A stretch of DNA of 64,000 bases from NCBI RefSeq assembly GCF_001194135.2, contig NC_068981.1, forward strand, positions 177,006,561 through 177,070,560. The letters are read 5' to 3'. The notes beneath the pieces were generated by a model. That model searched no databases, was not told where the DNA came from, and saw only the letters and a program-made list of their open reading frames with translations. Below are positions 39,540 to 52,599 of this stretch, piece by piece. Source of the stretch: Octopus bimaculoides. Taxonomy: Eukaryota. The first letter of the stretch is position 1; each line of letters begins with the position of its first letter. The position numbers were made by a program, and so were the translations under genes.

Positions 39540-41136
39540 AATGCTAATATTCATATACTAGCTTCAGGCAAATAGTTTTCTACTCTCTGGTATTTTCTGT
39601 CACTGTAAGAAAAATCATTGTCGTCACGGGTATTGACTAAATTTTCAAGCATAACTTCTCGCTAGTGTTCAAAAGCATTCAGTTGAGTACAGATGTTTCT
39701 TGCTTATTGCATTATCTATATGAACAAACTACCATTTTCTTGTGTTCCTTCTGAATAATTAAAACTACTTTAAAGCCAATGTATGTAATGTTACAGTAGC
39801 ATTATTCAGTGTTTCCGCCATAAAACTATAAACCTCATGTTAAATCACCTTCACTAAAAAAAAAAAAGAAAAGAAAAAAAACAGAAGTAATTCATTATTC
39901 TTTACCACCCCAGCATGTCTTCAAGTTTAATGCGGGAGATTTCATTACATATCCTGAGACATATCAATTTCAAAATCCTGATATGGCATCCACTGTGCGG
40001 AAGTTTCTCAGTAGGCCATTTCTGTTCTGCAAGCATTTCTGCGGTCAATATTTTATGTCTGTAGCAGCTATGAATATGAAAATATCTTTCAAATTATTCT
40101 GTAAGAAATACTTCACAGTTATAAGGAAAACAAGCACCTAAGATTTATGTAATTTTACTAAGTTGTCGAACACCAGTTGAATTTTTTTTTTAAGTCTAGA
40201 AAGACAGAAATTTAAAATGCAAAATACAATATGGAAGATCATTTTATTCAAAAAGACCATTTATAGGTTAATGTTGGAAATACCATTCTTTTTAGTCTTT
40301 GAGAAGAAAATTGCCGTAGACATTTCTATGGGTTTCTAAGAAATGTTCATAATGACTGCTGTAGTTAATTAAGTGATATTGTAGACTATGGTAGTTATAA
40401 CCTGCTGTTTGTGAAAGCTTATTTAGATATGTAACCATCGGGTTCTTCTCATTCTTGGTAGTGGGGTGCTGAGTGGTGATGGAGCTATCTGAGTACTATC
40501 CAACTACTTAACCAGTTTAAGAGCTGCAGTCTTGCTCGAAAGGAATCTTGTGTCATAAAAATGTCAACTTGATAATATAATTTGCTGCTACAAGGAAGTC
40601 AAAAAAAGCAATCATTAATATATAACTTAACTTTCTGCACTGCAATAACTTTTAAGGATACTGTATTTATGACCCATGGTTTTTGAATTAAAATGTTTGT
40701 TGCTGTGTGTTTATAGGTAGGGACATTTACTTAGCTTTCAAGTAACTAGCTACGAGTAAAACAATTGACTTTCTGAGGGCCAGAGATGAAAGTATAAATG
40801 ACCTGCCAAACTTTTCAAATATATCTAATCCAGCTAATGTAGAAACATATATGAAAAAGAGCATTAAGAATAAAATGCTTTTTGAAATATAATTATAAAT
40901 GTATGTTTATATTTGAAAAATATAGTTGTAGGTGTATGTGTGTGTTAACACCATTCAATAAAATGGAGTCTGTGTTTATATCTTAGAACTTAACAGTGTG
41001 AGGAATAGAGATTGCTCAAGTGAGTACCAAGCTTCAAAAACAGTACTAAGGTGAATATGAATGGCTTCAACCCTTCAAGACAGCATCACAGCATAGCTGT
41101 AGTCCAGTTACTTAAATAATGATAATGATAATAAAT

Positions 41137-41352
41137 AATCTGTTCTATTAAAGGCACAAGGCTTGAAATTTGGGGAGAGAAGACTAGTCAATTACATTGA
41201 CCCAGTGTTTCACTGCTACTTAATTTATTAACCCCAAAAAGATGAAAGACAAACTCAACCTCGGCAGAATTTGAACTCCAAACATAGCGACAGGCAAAAC
41301 ACCGCGAAGCATTTCGTCCATTGTGCTAACAACTCTGCCAGCTTGCTGCCTT
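41137..41352 (-). mobile_element. SINE family B
   Basis: Reverse complement of the B consensus, next to (AAT)n. Confidence 0.88.
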
Positions 41353-42220
41353 AATGATAATACTAATAATAATAATAATAATAATAATAAGCAAGAATAT
41401 CTTGAATTCAAAGGAATTATACAGTTCGTTGTTAAAGGACACAATTTAAAATGTTACGTACTTCTGTTTTCCTTGGTGCATTACCACTTTACATATTTTT
41501 CACTGATTAAATAAGGTGTTTGTATGTATAAATTCAATAAGAAGGTTATTTAGATGTCCTACTTCATAAAAATGTAACCATTTAGTCATTCATAATTATA
41601 GAATATATTTCGTCTAAGAACTGTATCAAACACATTGGCTAGTTTTTATTCTTATAAACATTGGGACTCTAATTAACTAGAAAAGCTAGCTTTCTGAATT
41701 TTAGTTAAATCTAGGTTTTTCTGAGTTGAAACTATACTTTTAGAAACAAAGAAAAATTGTATTAGTTGCCATAGTTTTCAGTTAGCAGTAACCGTGTTCT
41801 AATATAACTCTATTTATTCTATGATGATAATAATAATAACAAGGAGCATGTAGATTATTATTTTCCTCTCAGATACCATTGAGATAAATTAATGAGTTTG
41901 TAGAATTTTCTCTTTCACTATCATTTCAAGGAATTCAAAAGGAAATTGTTCATTTTATTCAGAAACATTTTTGGAAAGCATAGCCAAGGTTTTATTTTCT
42001 GTGTGCCATATATCAATTTTTCTAATATATGAATTAATTAAAATGGAAATATTTTACTGTCTTGAAACTTTTGATATATGGACAATTAATATTCAAAATT
42101 TCCTTTGATTATTGGAGTATCGAACTTTAATTTATTTGCCATTATCAGAAATATTGTTTACTTTTTCATATGCAAGTATGAATATCTGTATGTGTATAAA
42201 TGTGTGTGTGTGTGTTCAAA

Positions 42221-42343
42221 ATCATCATTTAACGTGTGTTTTCCATGCTGGTATAGGTTGGATGGTTTGACAGGAGCTAGCCAGCTGAAGAGCTGCCCAG
42301 ATCCATGTCACTTTTGGTATAGTTTCTATGCTTAAATGCCTTC

Positions 42344-42346
<3 letters not shown>
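42221..42346 (-). mobile_element. RTE-type 3' tail fragment
   Basis: ATCATCATTTAACGTGTGTTTTCCATGCTGGTATAGGTTGGA matches the reverse complement of the 61113 terminus. Confidence 0.75.
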
Positions 42347-42388
<42 letters not shown>

Positions 42389-42393
42389 CACAT

Positions 42394-42452
<59 letters not shown>

Positions 42453-42665
42453 TATATCATCATCTCATATATCTGTACATATATATATACATATATATGT
42501 ACATATATATATACATATATATATATTCATATACATATATATACATATGAATATATATATCCATATACATATATATACATATACGTATATATGTATATAT
42601 ATATATATACATATATATATACGTGTGTGTGTGTGTATATATATATGTGTGTGTGTATATATATA

Positions 42666-42713
<48 letters not shown>

Positions 42714-42805
42714 TACACACATATATACATATGTATGCACACACATATATATACTTATATATATATATTTACACAAACACACTCACACACATATATATAT
42801 AAATG
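42347..42805. repeat. Compound (CA)n/(TA)n/(TG)n microsatellite
   Basis: Directly visible. Explains the H/T/Y/I-rich pseudo-ORFs. Confidence 0.97.
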
Positions 42806-43531
42806 TTTAAATTTTTTTTTTTTTTAAGCCAAAACATATAATTATATATATCATTATGCAATTATAAACACACACACACACACACCACAATCACACCCTC
42901 TCTTTAATCTATATGTCTGTGTTTGTGTGTCTACATGCAATTGTGTGTGTAAATATGTTTGAGAGGGTGAGATGCCAGCTGTCTATTGTGTAAATAATAG
43001 TACATTTATCTGGTAGGCAAAAAAATCTTGGCTTTATTTTCATCAGTGGGTTTGCTGCTTTTATTTTTTTCATCCTCCCTCAAATTGCTCTTTAAAATAT
43101 ATATAACTGTGTAAGTTTGTATGCAAGTAAAAAAAAAATTGTAATATATTTATAGTTTGTATTTTTTTTAGATAGTCTTACTATTGTAGTCACAGATATA
43201 TTTTTAATGTATTAAAGGCAACTCATTTTGTCATTTAAAGATCACAATCTGTATTAACTTTGGCTGCCTTGGTGTTATTTCTTCACACAAGGTACTTGTT
43301 GTTAGTGTAAATTTTTTACTCAATAGGATACCATTACAATGATTTTCAATAAGTATATATTTGTGATTTATATTGTGAAAAGTAGAAAAATTTTTTTAAT
43401 TCTTTTCATATTTGCTCCAAATTCATTTGATTTTCACACCTTTGTATGTTTTAAAGATGTTTACAAAACGTTACTCTAAAAATATAATTGAATTATTCAT
43501 GAATATTTTAAAAGGTGTGTGTGTGTGTGTG

Positions 43532-43765
43532 TGTGTCCGTGCTTGACTTCACATTGTGTGAGAGTTGTAAACCAGTGATACTATCATAAGTGTGGTATCA
43601 TTGGTTATTAATTTTCCCCGAAAACATGTCTGGCCATGGGGATGTATTACTTTGCTTGGAAACTGATGAAGATTGGCAGCAGAAAGGACTTTGTAAAATC
43701 TGATTCACCAAATTCCATACAAGCATGGAAAAGTGGGCTTTAAAACAATGATGATGGCAATGATA
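43532..43765 (+). mobile_element. RTE-tail-bearing retroposon fragment
   Basis: Ends CAAGCATGGAAAAGTGGGCTTTAAAACAATGATGATG. Homologous to 29667-29885. Confidence 0.7.
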
Positions 43766-44170
43766 ATAACAACAATGATGACATAGTCTGGAAGAAAGTA
43801 GTCTATTAATAGCTAAATTCTTGTTTACTAAATAATAGAACATATATATATATCATGTACTTCAATTCATTTTAAAGAAATTCTTGTGCTAAACTGCATT
43901 CAATTCAGCATTGGTATCAAAATCTAACTTATATTTAGTGATTTTTGAACAATAAGTATTGTAATCATTGAATCCCAAGTGAAGAATGTGGTACTTAATA
44001 TGTTAAATACTTCAATCATTTGCTTAGTTTGAATTTTTGTGGCTTTAGCTGTGAAGAGAACTTGTCATAAAGTTTTTCTACTGTTCATATTTTATCACTG
44101 CTTTACATGAAGGATCATTGCCTTGTCTGTAACTATGTTTCTATGCATGTGTGTGTGTGTGTGTGTGTGT

Positions 44171-44385
44171 GTAGCTATGGTTGTGTGGTAAGAAGTTTGC
44201 TTCCCAGCCGCTTGGCTTCAGTTTCAGTTCTACTGTGTGGCACTGTAATCTAGCAGTTTGGCAAAAGAGACTGATAGATTAAGTACCAGGCTTTAAAAAC
44301 TATAAGCACTGGGGTCAATTCGTTTGACTAAAAGTCTTTAAGGAGGTACCCCAGATCACAATCTGATGACTGAAACAGATAAGAC
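44171..44385 (+). mobile_element. SINE family A with internal deletion
   Basis: Head to GTGGCAC is joined directly to the GGCAAAAGAGACTGATAG 3' module. Confidence 0.8.
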
Positions 44386-44880
44386 ACACACACACACACA
44401 CACACCTGTAAATAATATGCTTATGTGTACATTACCTTCTGTTTTTGAATATGCTACCTTTTTTTGAAGGTCTTGCATTGGTAGGTTGTGCATAACAGGT
44501 TAACTAAAATATCTATTAATTGATCTGGAAAGTATGGGTATTTTAAAAGCTTGAAGGTTATTATAGATATGATGATACTACCACCTCTGAAGTTCATAAA
44601 TGCCAGGTAGGCAAATTTTTATCTGAGGTATCAGATAAACCCATATCATGGCAAGAAATGCAAATGAGGGCAACACTGTCCAACACCATCACTCACCAGA
44701 AGAAGACCAAGGAAATAAAATGAAATAAACTAATAATCACAGCAGTGGTGATGTCCTAGCATAGTCACAGCCTCTGGCTGAAAAAAAAAGTGAATGTTAA
44801 AGTAAAAAAAGTAATATATATATTATAAATGTACATGTACATATATGTTTCTTGATTCAAAAAACCAAAATCATTTACAT

Positions 44881-45184
44881 CAGTGATTCTCAACTATTTC
44901 TTTACCTCTGGGCCCCTTTGATTACTATTTTACACTGGTGGACCCCAATAGTGATTCAATGTTTAAAAACTAATTTTATACTATTTTGTTTTCCCACATT
45001 CACGTGTGTACTTTGAACCACATAAAACATTAGAGAAAGAAACCGAGCTATTTCTTGCAATAAATAAATCTAAAGCAAAATTTTTTTCAGTCTCTTACTA
45101 TACTACCGTGGATTCCCAATTTACAATTTTGCTTGCATGGACCACAAAAAAATCTTACAATGGACCCTGGTTGAAAAACCACTG
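44881..45184. mobile_element. hAT (Charlie-like) MITE
   Basis: TIRs CAGTGATTCTCAAC / GTTGAAAAACCACTG; 8-bp TSD ATTTACAT / ATTTAGAT (7/8). Confidence 0.88.
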
Positions 45185-47835
45185 ATTTAGATGAAGCTCA
45201 ATATAGATTTATTTATGTCTTAGATTCTTTATGACACTCACAAAGGTGGCAAACAGAGTATCTGACAAAAGAGAAAGACAGTTATCCAGCTTATAGGAGG
45301 AATTGGGCAGTTGGGAGAGGGCAGAACAACTAAGCTAAGTCGTCTTTGTATGCACGTTGTGTGTGTGTGTGTGTTTTATGTTCTTTTTTCAAAAATGCTG
45401 CTTCTTTGAAGGTCCTGCTTAGAATGCTAATCACGTAATTGAATATATGATCTTAGCAGATGAAAACCAAAGGTATAAATGTTCTTTTATTACAGCTAGG
45501 ATATCATTTAGGTTAGTTAGTAACATTCAAATCGTGACGGCTTTAGTTTTATTGACATTTAAACAATGAAAAAATAAAGGATAAAAGAAAGACTTATTTG
45601 AAAGTTATTTCAGCTTTAGGTATTACTCTTATCCAAGTGTTGATCCTTCCTTGTTCATCTGGTCCCTTTTAAAACATGTAGTTTTATTTCACAAATGCTA
45701 TTTTTGTAATAAATTTTGACTATAATATTTCAAGAACATTAAAAAAGAAGACAATTCTCATGAAAACTTGTTGGAAGTTCTGTTGTTGATGCAAAGAACA
45801 CACACACACACACACACATGTTTCTACATAAAGGAAGTTATTGATATTCAGTTCATGTAACTATCCCATGTTATCATTAACATCTAAAAATGTTAACAGT
45901 TCCCGAATACTAGTAAGAATTTAATCTTTTGCTGGTGTATGTCAGTGTCCATATTTTGAAACATTTTTTTTTAGTCTTCAGATAGTTTCTAGAAAATGAA
46001 ATGTCAGATTATATCTGAGTCATTCTGGAAGCAAAATATTTTCTCCAAATTGTTTCAACATCTATTTACATTCATAAGACATTACCGTTACAGTTATTTG
46101 CAATGTTTACATAGTTCCTCTAATGTACTTAGTTTTCTTCATCACTTATCATTTTGTTCATTTGTGTATGTGTGTGTAATATTTTTTATCTTGAGTATTT
46201 TTCTTTGAGATTTTTTTTAATGCACTTTCCCTTTCAGTTGAAACCTTTTTTTGCCAGGAATTTTTTTTTTTTTTTTTTGCACTATACATGTCTCCTTCCT
46301 CTTTCTCTTTTCCTGTACTCTTTCCTTCTTTTTCCCTGCACCCCAACCCCCTCTGTAAAGGACATTGGGCATTCCTACAAGACAGCACTGAATGGCTGAT
46401 AAAGTTTCCAGTCAAGCTAGAACATTATAGAAGATTAATTAAAAAGAAAACAAAATTGAGCTATGGGAAATAACACAAATAAGCTAATGGCATGTTAAAG
46501 TTTAAGTTAAGGAGTGTTGTTCTGAGCATGGTATACAAAATATTCTTGGTTGATTGATTGAACTTAGCTGATCCAAGGAAACAAAAAGCTAGCTGCAATA
46601 TTAGAGTAGCTAAGACACAAAGTGGAAAGTTATACAGCTAAAGACTTCTCACTTAGAAACTAGCCATAAAGTAAGCCAGTCGAGAAGTAGAAAGGAGAGA
46701 TGTCATTGTCCTCTGAAGATGTGAGACTATGTCTGGAGTCAGGATGTAATTGGGAAGAAGTGCATCTGAAACGATAAGAGCTCTCTTGACCTCAGTGACT
46801 AAAAAGATATACTGATACACCAAGTGTGGAGCCTGATATAGAAGCACAATCATCAACTATTTTTTTTCCTCTTTTGTCTTAGTTTGAAGTAGAAGCAGCA
46901 CACATGACTTTTACTGGCCATCTTGAGAGTTCAGTTGCCATGAGGAGTGAAGAGTCTAATATTGTGTATAAGGCCTAACCCTTCAGATGATACTGAAGAA
47001 GAGAGAGAAAAGTGATGTCACCTGGGATGTAGACAAGTATATGGGAAGTATTAGTAGAAACAACTTTAATGCAAAGAGCATTAAAAAGCTAATGAGTGAG
47101 AGTTGTGTTTGTTTACGGTTGATAAAGGCTACACAGAAACTGAAGTATGTTGGCCAATGAGGGAGTTTCTATATGCTTGCTCCACCTGCTAGAAATAACA
47201 GTAAATCTTTTAAATTACACTCTTGATAAAAGTGTTACATTAGATAGTGTAGTCATAACTACAATAGAGATGATTGCAGCTGAAATGCTTTTGGTCAGAT
47301 TAGGTTTGCATGATCAGGGGTGATAAAGACAATAGGTTGATAAACAACAATAGCAAAGATAAAAAAAGTGATTGAGAGGGAAAAGTTATAAAAATGGATC
47401 AATCCAAGATGATATCAGCAGCAAACAGATTTGGCTTATAGATGTATTCTGGAATGCTACAGATGCTGTAATATAGATGATTTTTGGCTTAGAGAAGATA
47501 ATGTGGTCATATATGTCACGTTCATGGATTTTTGTGGGAAGGTGAAATTCAGTGAAATGCATTATTCTGTACCTTCTACTGAATCTGTATGAAAATAAAA
47601 ATGATCATTGCTTACAAAATAAGATCAAACTAACACTACACCAGGTGAGGGAACCTTGGGTATGGCAGTGATTTCATCACTATGAGAAAGATCCATAAGC
47701 ACTTATTCTCCACTTTCGATATTGTGTTTCAGTGAAAGGTTCGGGTGCATGCAGCTATGTGTATAAAAAGCATAGAACTTGATTACAGTTAAGTATAATG
47801 AAAACACACGAAAAAAAATGTCATTATTTGTAGCC

Positions 47836-47894
47836 CAACCATTTAGCATTTAAACCAGCCATATCCAACCCAAATATCTATGTTTTATGGTTAA
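47836..47894 (+). mobile_element. Left part of a piggyBac MITE split by a nested element
   Basis: Matches 32312-32370 (TTTAGCATTTAAACCAGCCATATCC..CAAATAT..TTTTATG) and stops at a TTAA. Confidence 0.8.
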
Positions 47895-49426
47895 CCCTTT
47901 AGTGTTCAGATTAATCTGTCGAATGAATGTAATGCATATTCATGTTATTTTGAATTATTCAGGTTCAAGAAGAGTGTCCACAATATTTGCTTGTAACTTT
48001 GTTAATTTTTTACATACTGATTTGAAATTTTGTCAGTGAGTGTGTATATACCAGTGGATTAGAGTTATGTAATTTTAGCTGGTATTGCTGATTAAATTTG
48101 ACTTTTATGGGCAGATAAATTTAATTAACAGGTGTAAAAGCAATAATATTATGGATAAACACTAAAATTGAAATTCTTAATGCATCTTAGCTGTTTAATT
48201 TGTTACTAAAATTATCCCAGATGTCAACCGCCAACAATTTTGCCACTTTGCAAGATGAGGTACATTAATTTGAATTAACTAAAATACAGGTGTAATTATT
48301 ACAAGATTTTATTGAAAATATAGTACAAAACTCTTTTACTAGTCAATATAACATTGGCTATGTACTCTTATACAATTTAATGAATACATTTACATAACAG
48401 AATGCATCTAATAAAAAAGGCTCATTAATAGGTGAGGTAAAGGTGAATACAGGTGTGTCACATACTGAAAATTAATATGTATTTTTCATTTTCACACATC
48501 ATTTGTGTGTAATAAAATGAAAAGAATAGACTGTAGTATTACTATCAAACAACAAAATACAGTTATGCTATATTTCTATCGTGAAACTGTCCAAAGCACC
48601 CTCTACTCAAGGGTACTTTGCAAAATGAACACAAATGTGAGGTCTCAATCTGATATCCTTTTGCAGTTTTTCTTTTTTGCTGTGAACACAGTCTGTAAAA
48701 TTCTTTACTTCCATTTATTTTTTCCACTTTATGGAAGTCAGAATTTTCTGTGTTGATATCCACCTCAGTTAATTTTGCTTTTCTCCTAGTTCTGTGCTTT
48801 CTAGAAGAAAAGCCCTCATGTAACTGAAAGTTGCCTGGATTATAAAAGTGCTCCTTTATTCATATCTGGACGTTTTACTTACTGAAATTTGTAATAGACC
48901 TAAATAAATTTAACTTGTACTTTTAAAGATGTTCTTTAGGATAATATGAAATATTGAACTTCAGATAGAATAAAGTAAAATATAGCTTTGAATAAAAAGT
49001 GCATGGATTATGAATTTTGATTGAAGGGATGGGGCCTTGAAACAAAAAGTTGCAGGGAGCCTCTAAAAGTCATGTGACGGAGCTGCATATATGTCAGTAT
49101 GATTCATCCAAAGACAAATCACTGTTATTTTCATTTATATTTTGTACATCATCAAGAGTAAAACCTTTGAAGTCAGAATCGCTACTTTCTGATGCCATAT
49201 AGTTAAAGACTAAGATATTCACTTCTTTTCAAATGTTGCAAAAAAAACAAAACAAAAGAAGTCTCAACACTTTCACCACATTTTTACTTTGAATAAAAGC
49301 AGGAGAGGCTTTACTTTGCATTATCTCAAAGCTACGAGAATTCAATAATGTAGTTTGTTTATTTTTTTAGCAGTTTCTTAGAGGAATCAAATATCACTGG
49401 ATTTGGCCGGTCTAAACACTAAAGGG
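47895..49426 (-). mobile_element. Internally deleted piggyBac transposon (1532 bp) nested in a same-family MITE
   Basis: TIRs CCCTTTAGTGTTCAGA / TCTAAACACTAAAGGG (15/16) with TTAA TSD at 47891-94 and 49427-30. Contains a transposase C-terminal remnant. Confidence 0.88.
48563..48840 (-). pseudogene. piggyBac transposase C-terminal Cys-rich domain remnant
   Basis: FSSRKHRTRRK..HKVEKINGSKEFYRLCSQQKRKTAKGYQIETSHLCSFCKVPLSRGCFGQFH fits the PGBD4-like C-x2-C..ET..C-x2-C.VPLC..CF..FH pattern, with two Cys lost. Confidence 0.8.
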
Positions 49427-49593
49427 TTAAACTGGCCATATCCAGCCTCTTGTACCTATCCTACAATGTCATTCTAAAAATATACAATCACATCATTGAA
49501 ATCTCAATATTACAAGATTATGCATGATTAATTCAAAACTGTGAATAAATAAGCATTACATTTGACAGAGTAATCTGAATGCTAAAGGGTTAA
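49427..49593 (+). mobile_element. Right part of the split piggyBac MITE
   Basis: Continues ACTGGCCATATCC..CATTCTAAAAAT..GAATGCTAAAGGGTTAA, matching ~32370-32546. Confidence 0.88.
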
Positions 49594-49646
49594 ATAATTC
49601 ATAAACCAAAGTTTGGCTATGATAACTGCTGACAATAAATTGATAC

Positions 49647-49686
49647 CATCTTCCCTGGGTTAGGCTAGCCCAACCCAGGGAAGATG
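49647..49686. repeat. 40-bp near-perfect palindrome
   Basis: CATCTTCCCTGGGTT-A-GGCTAGCC-C-AACCCAGGGAAGATG, with one mismatch. Confidence 0.95.
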
Positions 49687-49887
49687 AGCTCATTCCCAAC
49701 TGCTAATGACACAACATATGCCCTACAACAGCTGTACATTGCCCTGGAATCATCTGAGTGCTTTTTGTAATTTTCTACACGTGGCATTTCTCACTTGGGA
49801 AATTTTGAGATTATGGAGGTTTTTCAAATTTTGGAATAGTAAAGGATTATTGTAGTATTTGTAAATTTTTTCATCTGTTTTTCCATA

Positions 49888-50110
49888 TGTATATATATAT
49901 ATATCTTGTGTATATGTGTGTGTGTATGTATATGTATGTGTTTGTATATATATGTGTGTGTTTGTATATATATGTGTGTGTATGTATATGTATGTGTTTG
50001 TATATATATGTGTGTGTGTGTATATGTATGTGTTTGTATATATATGTGTGTGTGTGTACATATATTTGTGTGCATGTGTGTGTGTGTGTGCATACATGCA
50101 TATACACATA
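49888..50110. repeat. TA/TG compound minisatellite
   Basis: Recurring GTATATGTATGTGTTTGTATATATATGTGTGTG units. Confidence 0.9.
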
Positions 50111-51021
50111 AATGCTTGTATGTAAATAAACTATTTCTTAGCTATATTTCACAATTTGTACTGAGTATTTTGCTTACATAAAACAGTTGGACTATACAAA
50201 TACTAACTCTAACTCTTATACTAAGTTGAGTTAGCATCAATTAGCTAGGTGCCAAAAAAAATGTAATATATTCTAGCTGCTGTATTTTTATTCACTTGCA
50301 GAAGCAAACTGTAGCTAAGCAATATCTGAAATGTCATATGTCTGTTTCCGATATTCAGGTTATGAATATCATGGCAGCCAATGAAATGCATTCTCAAGAT
50401 GATGGCCCTATTAATTGATAGCTGTAAGCTCAGTCATTGATAGATAAAACTGCTGAATCACCTTCAGCTATCATCATCATTTCAATTTATGCTAATATTA
50501 TATTTAGGTTTAAATGTTACTTTCTCCATCTAACCAAGCCTATCCCAGACTTTCAGTATTTATGATAGATATTCCTCATGCTCAAAGACTTATGGTGACA
50601 TTTTATTAAATTTAGATCTTATCAAAAAAAGATTAATCTGAAGCTTTCTTTTATTTAATGTAGCGTATTGTACCTCTAAATATTTGCTTCACACTCCCTA
50701 CTTTTTTAAATGATTTGTCTTATTTCACCACCCCTTGGGTTTAAAAATGGATTTTGAAATTTAAAGATGGAACTGAAATTCATGACAGATTTGAGAAAAG
50801 AACTCTTTAATAATGAATAAATAACTTCTATTTGACATGTATTTGAACTCCTAATAACAGTCTTAATTGAAACTTATCTTACAGTATCTTTAAATGAATG
50901 TTTTGAATCAACCATGTGATACTTAGAAAAATGACTACAGTTCTTGTCAGTATATTGGTATGTATAAATTGAATCCACTTTTGATTTTTGACTCAAGTGG
51001 GCCTATGGCAAGATTTTAGAT

Positions 51022-51350
51022 CAATGGTTCCCAAACTTTTCCAGGCTGCCATCCGCTTGGTTCTAAGGCCACATCCCTAATGTCCCCCCCAACACCCACC
51101 CACCACACACACACACACACACACACTCACACACACACCATCACAGACATAGATCAGTTTCTGCAGTAAATTCAATGCAACAGTATTTCACAAATAAATC
51201 TTAACCTAATTAACCCGTTATTTTGTTTGTTTTTTTTACAGCCATTGCCCCATTTTGGTCACCCTCATTATCGCCCCATTTTTCTTCAACGCTCCCTTGA
51301 TCTTTCCACCACTCCCAGGGGGGCAGTACCGGCCACTTTGAGAACCACTG
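51022..51350. mobile_element. hAT (Charlie-like) MITE
   Basis: TIRs CAATGGTTCCCAAA / TTTGAGAACCACTG; 8-bp TSD TTTTAGAT / CTTTAGAT (7/8). Confidence 0.88.
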
Positions 51351-52599
51351 CTTTAGATTAACCACTTTAACTCTTTTGATACCTACCTGTCGAGATTGCC
51401 CCTGATTCTATGATACAAAGTTGCTATATTAAAGTGATCTAAGTTCAAAATTTCATATTTATGTTTCAAACATCAGCCAGTTATTTTACTATTTTAAAAA
51501 TGCCAGTTATTTTACTAGATTCTTCATTAATTTCAAAAGTAATTGAAATCAAGGCAGGGTATTTCAACAAAAGTTAAGGATGATGTTTGTAGACCTAATG
51601 TTATTGTTGTAGTGACCTCAATAAAAGTTCAGTGTTGCAATTTGAGTTGAAGTACTTCTATTGTTTTCCTGTGTTTGGTTGTTCCTCAGATCCAGTATAT
51701 TTAGATGAGTAGGATTAGCTGTACCAAGCAGATGTGGAACATAATGTGGAGTATCGTTGCAAGTTTTATGTCCAAGTTAAAATATTATTGGACCTTGTCA
51801 GGGAAGCATAACCAACCTCAAACCTGCTTGGTTAGTGGACAAAGGTTTTTTTTTATCCCAAAGAAGAATTTTTGTTGTTTTCCTGAGCTCTCATTTATTA
51901 ATTCTGCAAATTACTGTTAGCAAATACGTTTTATAACTCTTTTTCTATGTAAAATCTCTGTTGCCTGATGAAACAGGCTCCACTAATGAGATCCAATGAG
52001 AATGAAATCTGTCCATAGCATTCAGTTTGCCTGTTAACAAAGAATTAGCTATTCCACTTATTTGATTATCTCGCCTTTGTTTTCCTTCTCAAACTTGGAT
52101 TAATTGGTTTTCCTGTGTGTGTGTGTGTGCTTGATTTTATCATTTTACATGTCTCTTAACATGTACAGTTTAAGTTCAGTTGCCATGAAGAGAATAGAAT
52201 CTAAAACTACACGGGATATAGCTTATAAAAGCATCCATTGTTTGACTGGTTTAGTTTTATTTATTCATACATTTTATATTGCAATTGGTGCACAAATAAT
52301 AGTGTCATAAGTTTCCAACACACTAATAATACTTGGTTCACTGCATTTCTGATAGTGAGAACGACAAAGCTGCATTTGTAATACAGTGTAGAATAAATAT
52401 TACCGGAGTCTTAGTTTGTAAAGCCATGATATACTTTGGGGAAAGATACATGCACATTATCATAGTTTCACTATCACCATCTTCATTTTAATACCCATGG
52501 GTCAGAAGTAATGTCTTGAGGCAGCTTCTCTATTGCTGGGTGCCCTTCTTGTCACCAGGAATAGTAACTGCATTGTTTCTCTCCAGATAAACTAACATC

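Noticed and set aside
42328-42827. Multiple long H/T/Y/I or C/V ORFs (also at 34.3, 49.8 and 57-58 kb)
   Set aside because: Translations of microsatellites or N-gaps.
46653-46856. 67-aa minus-strand ORF in a GC-richer patch
   Set aside because: No recognisable domain; probably an old TE relic that I cannot classify.
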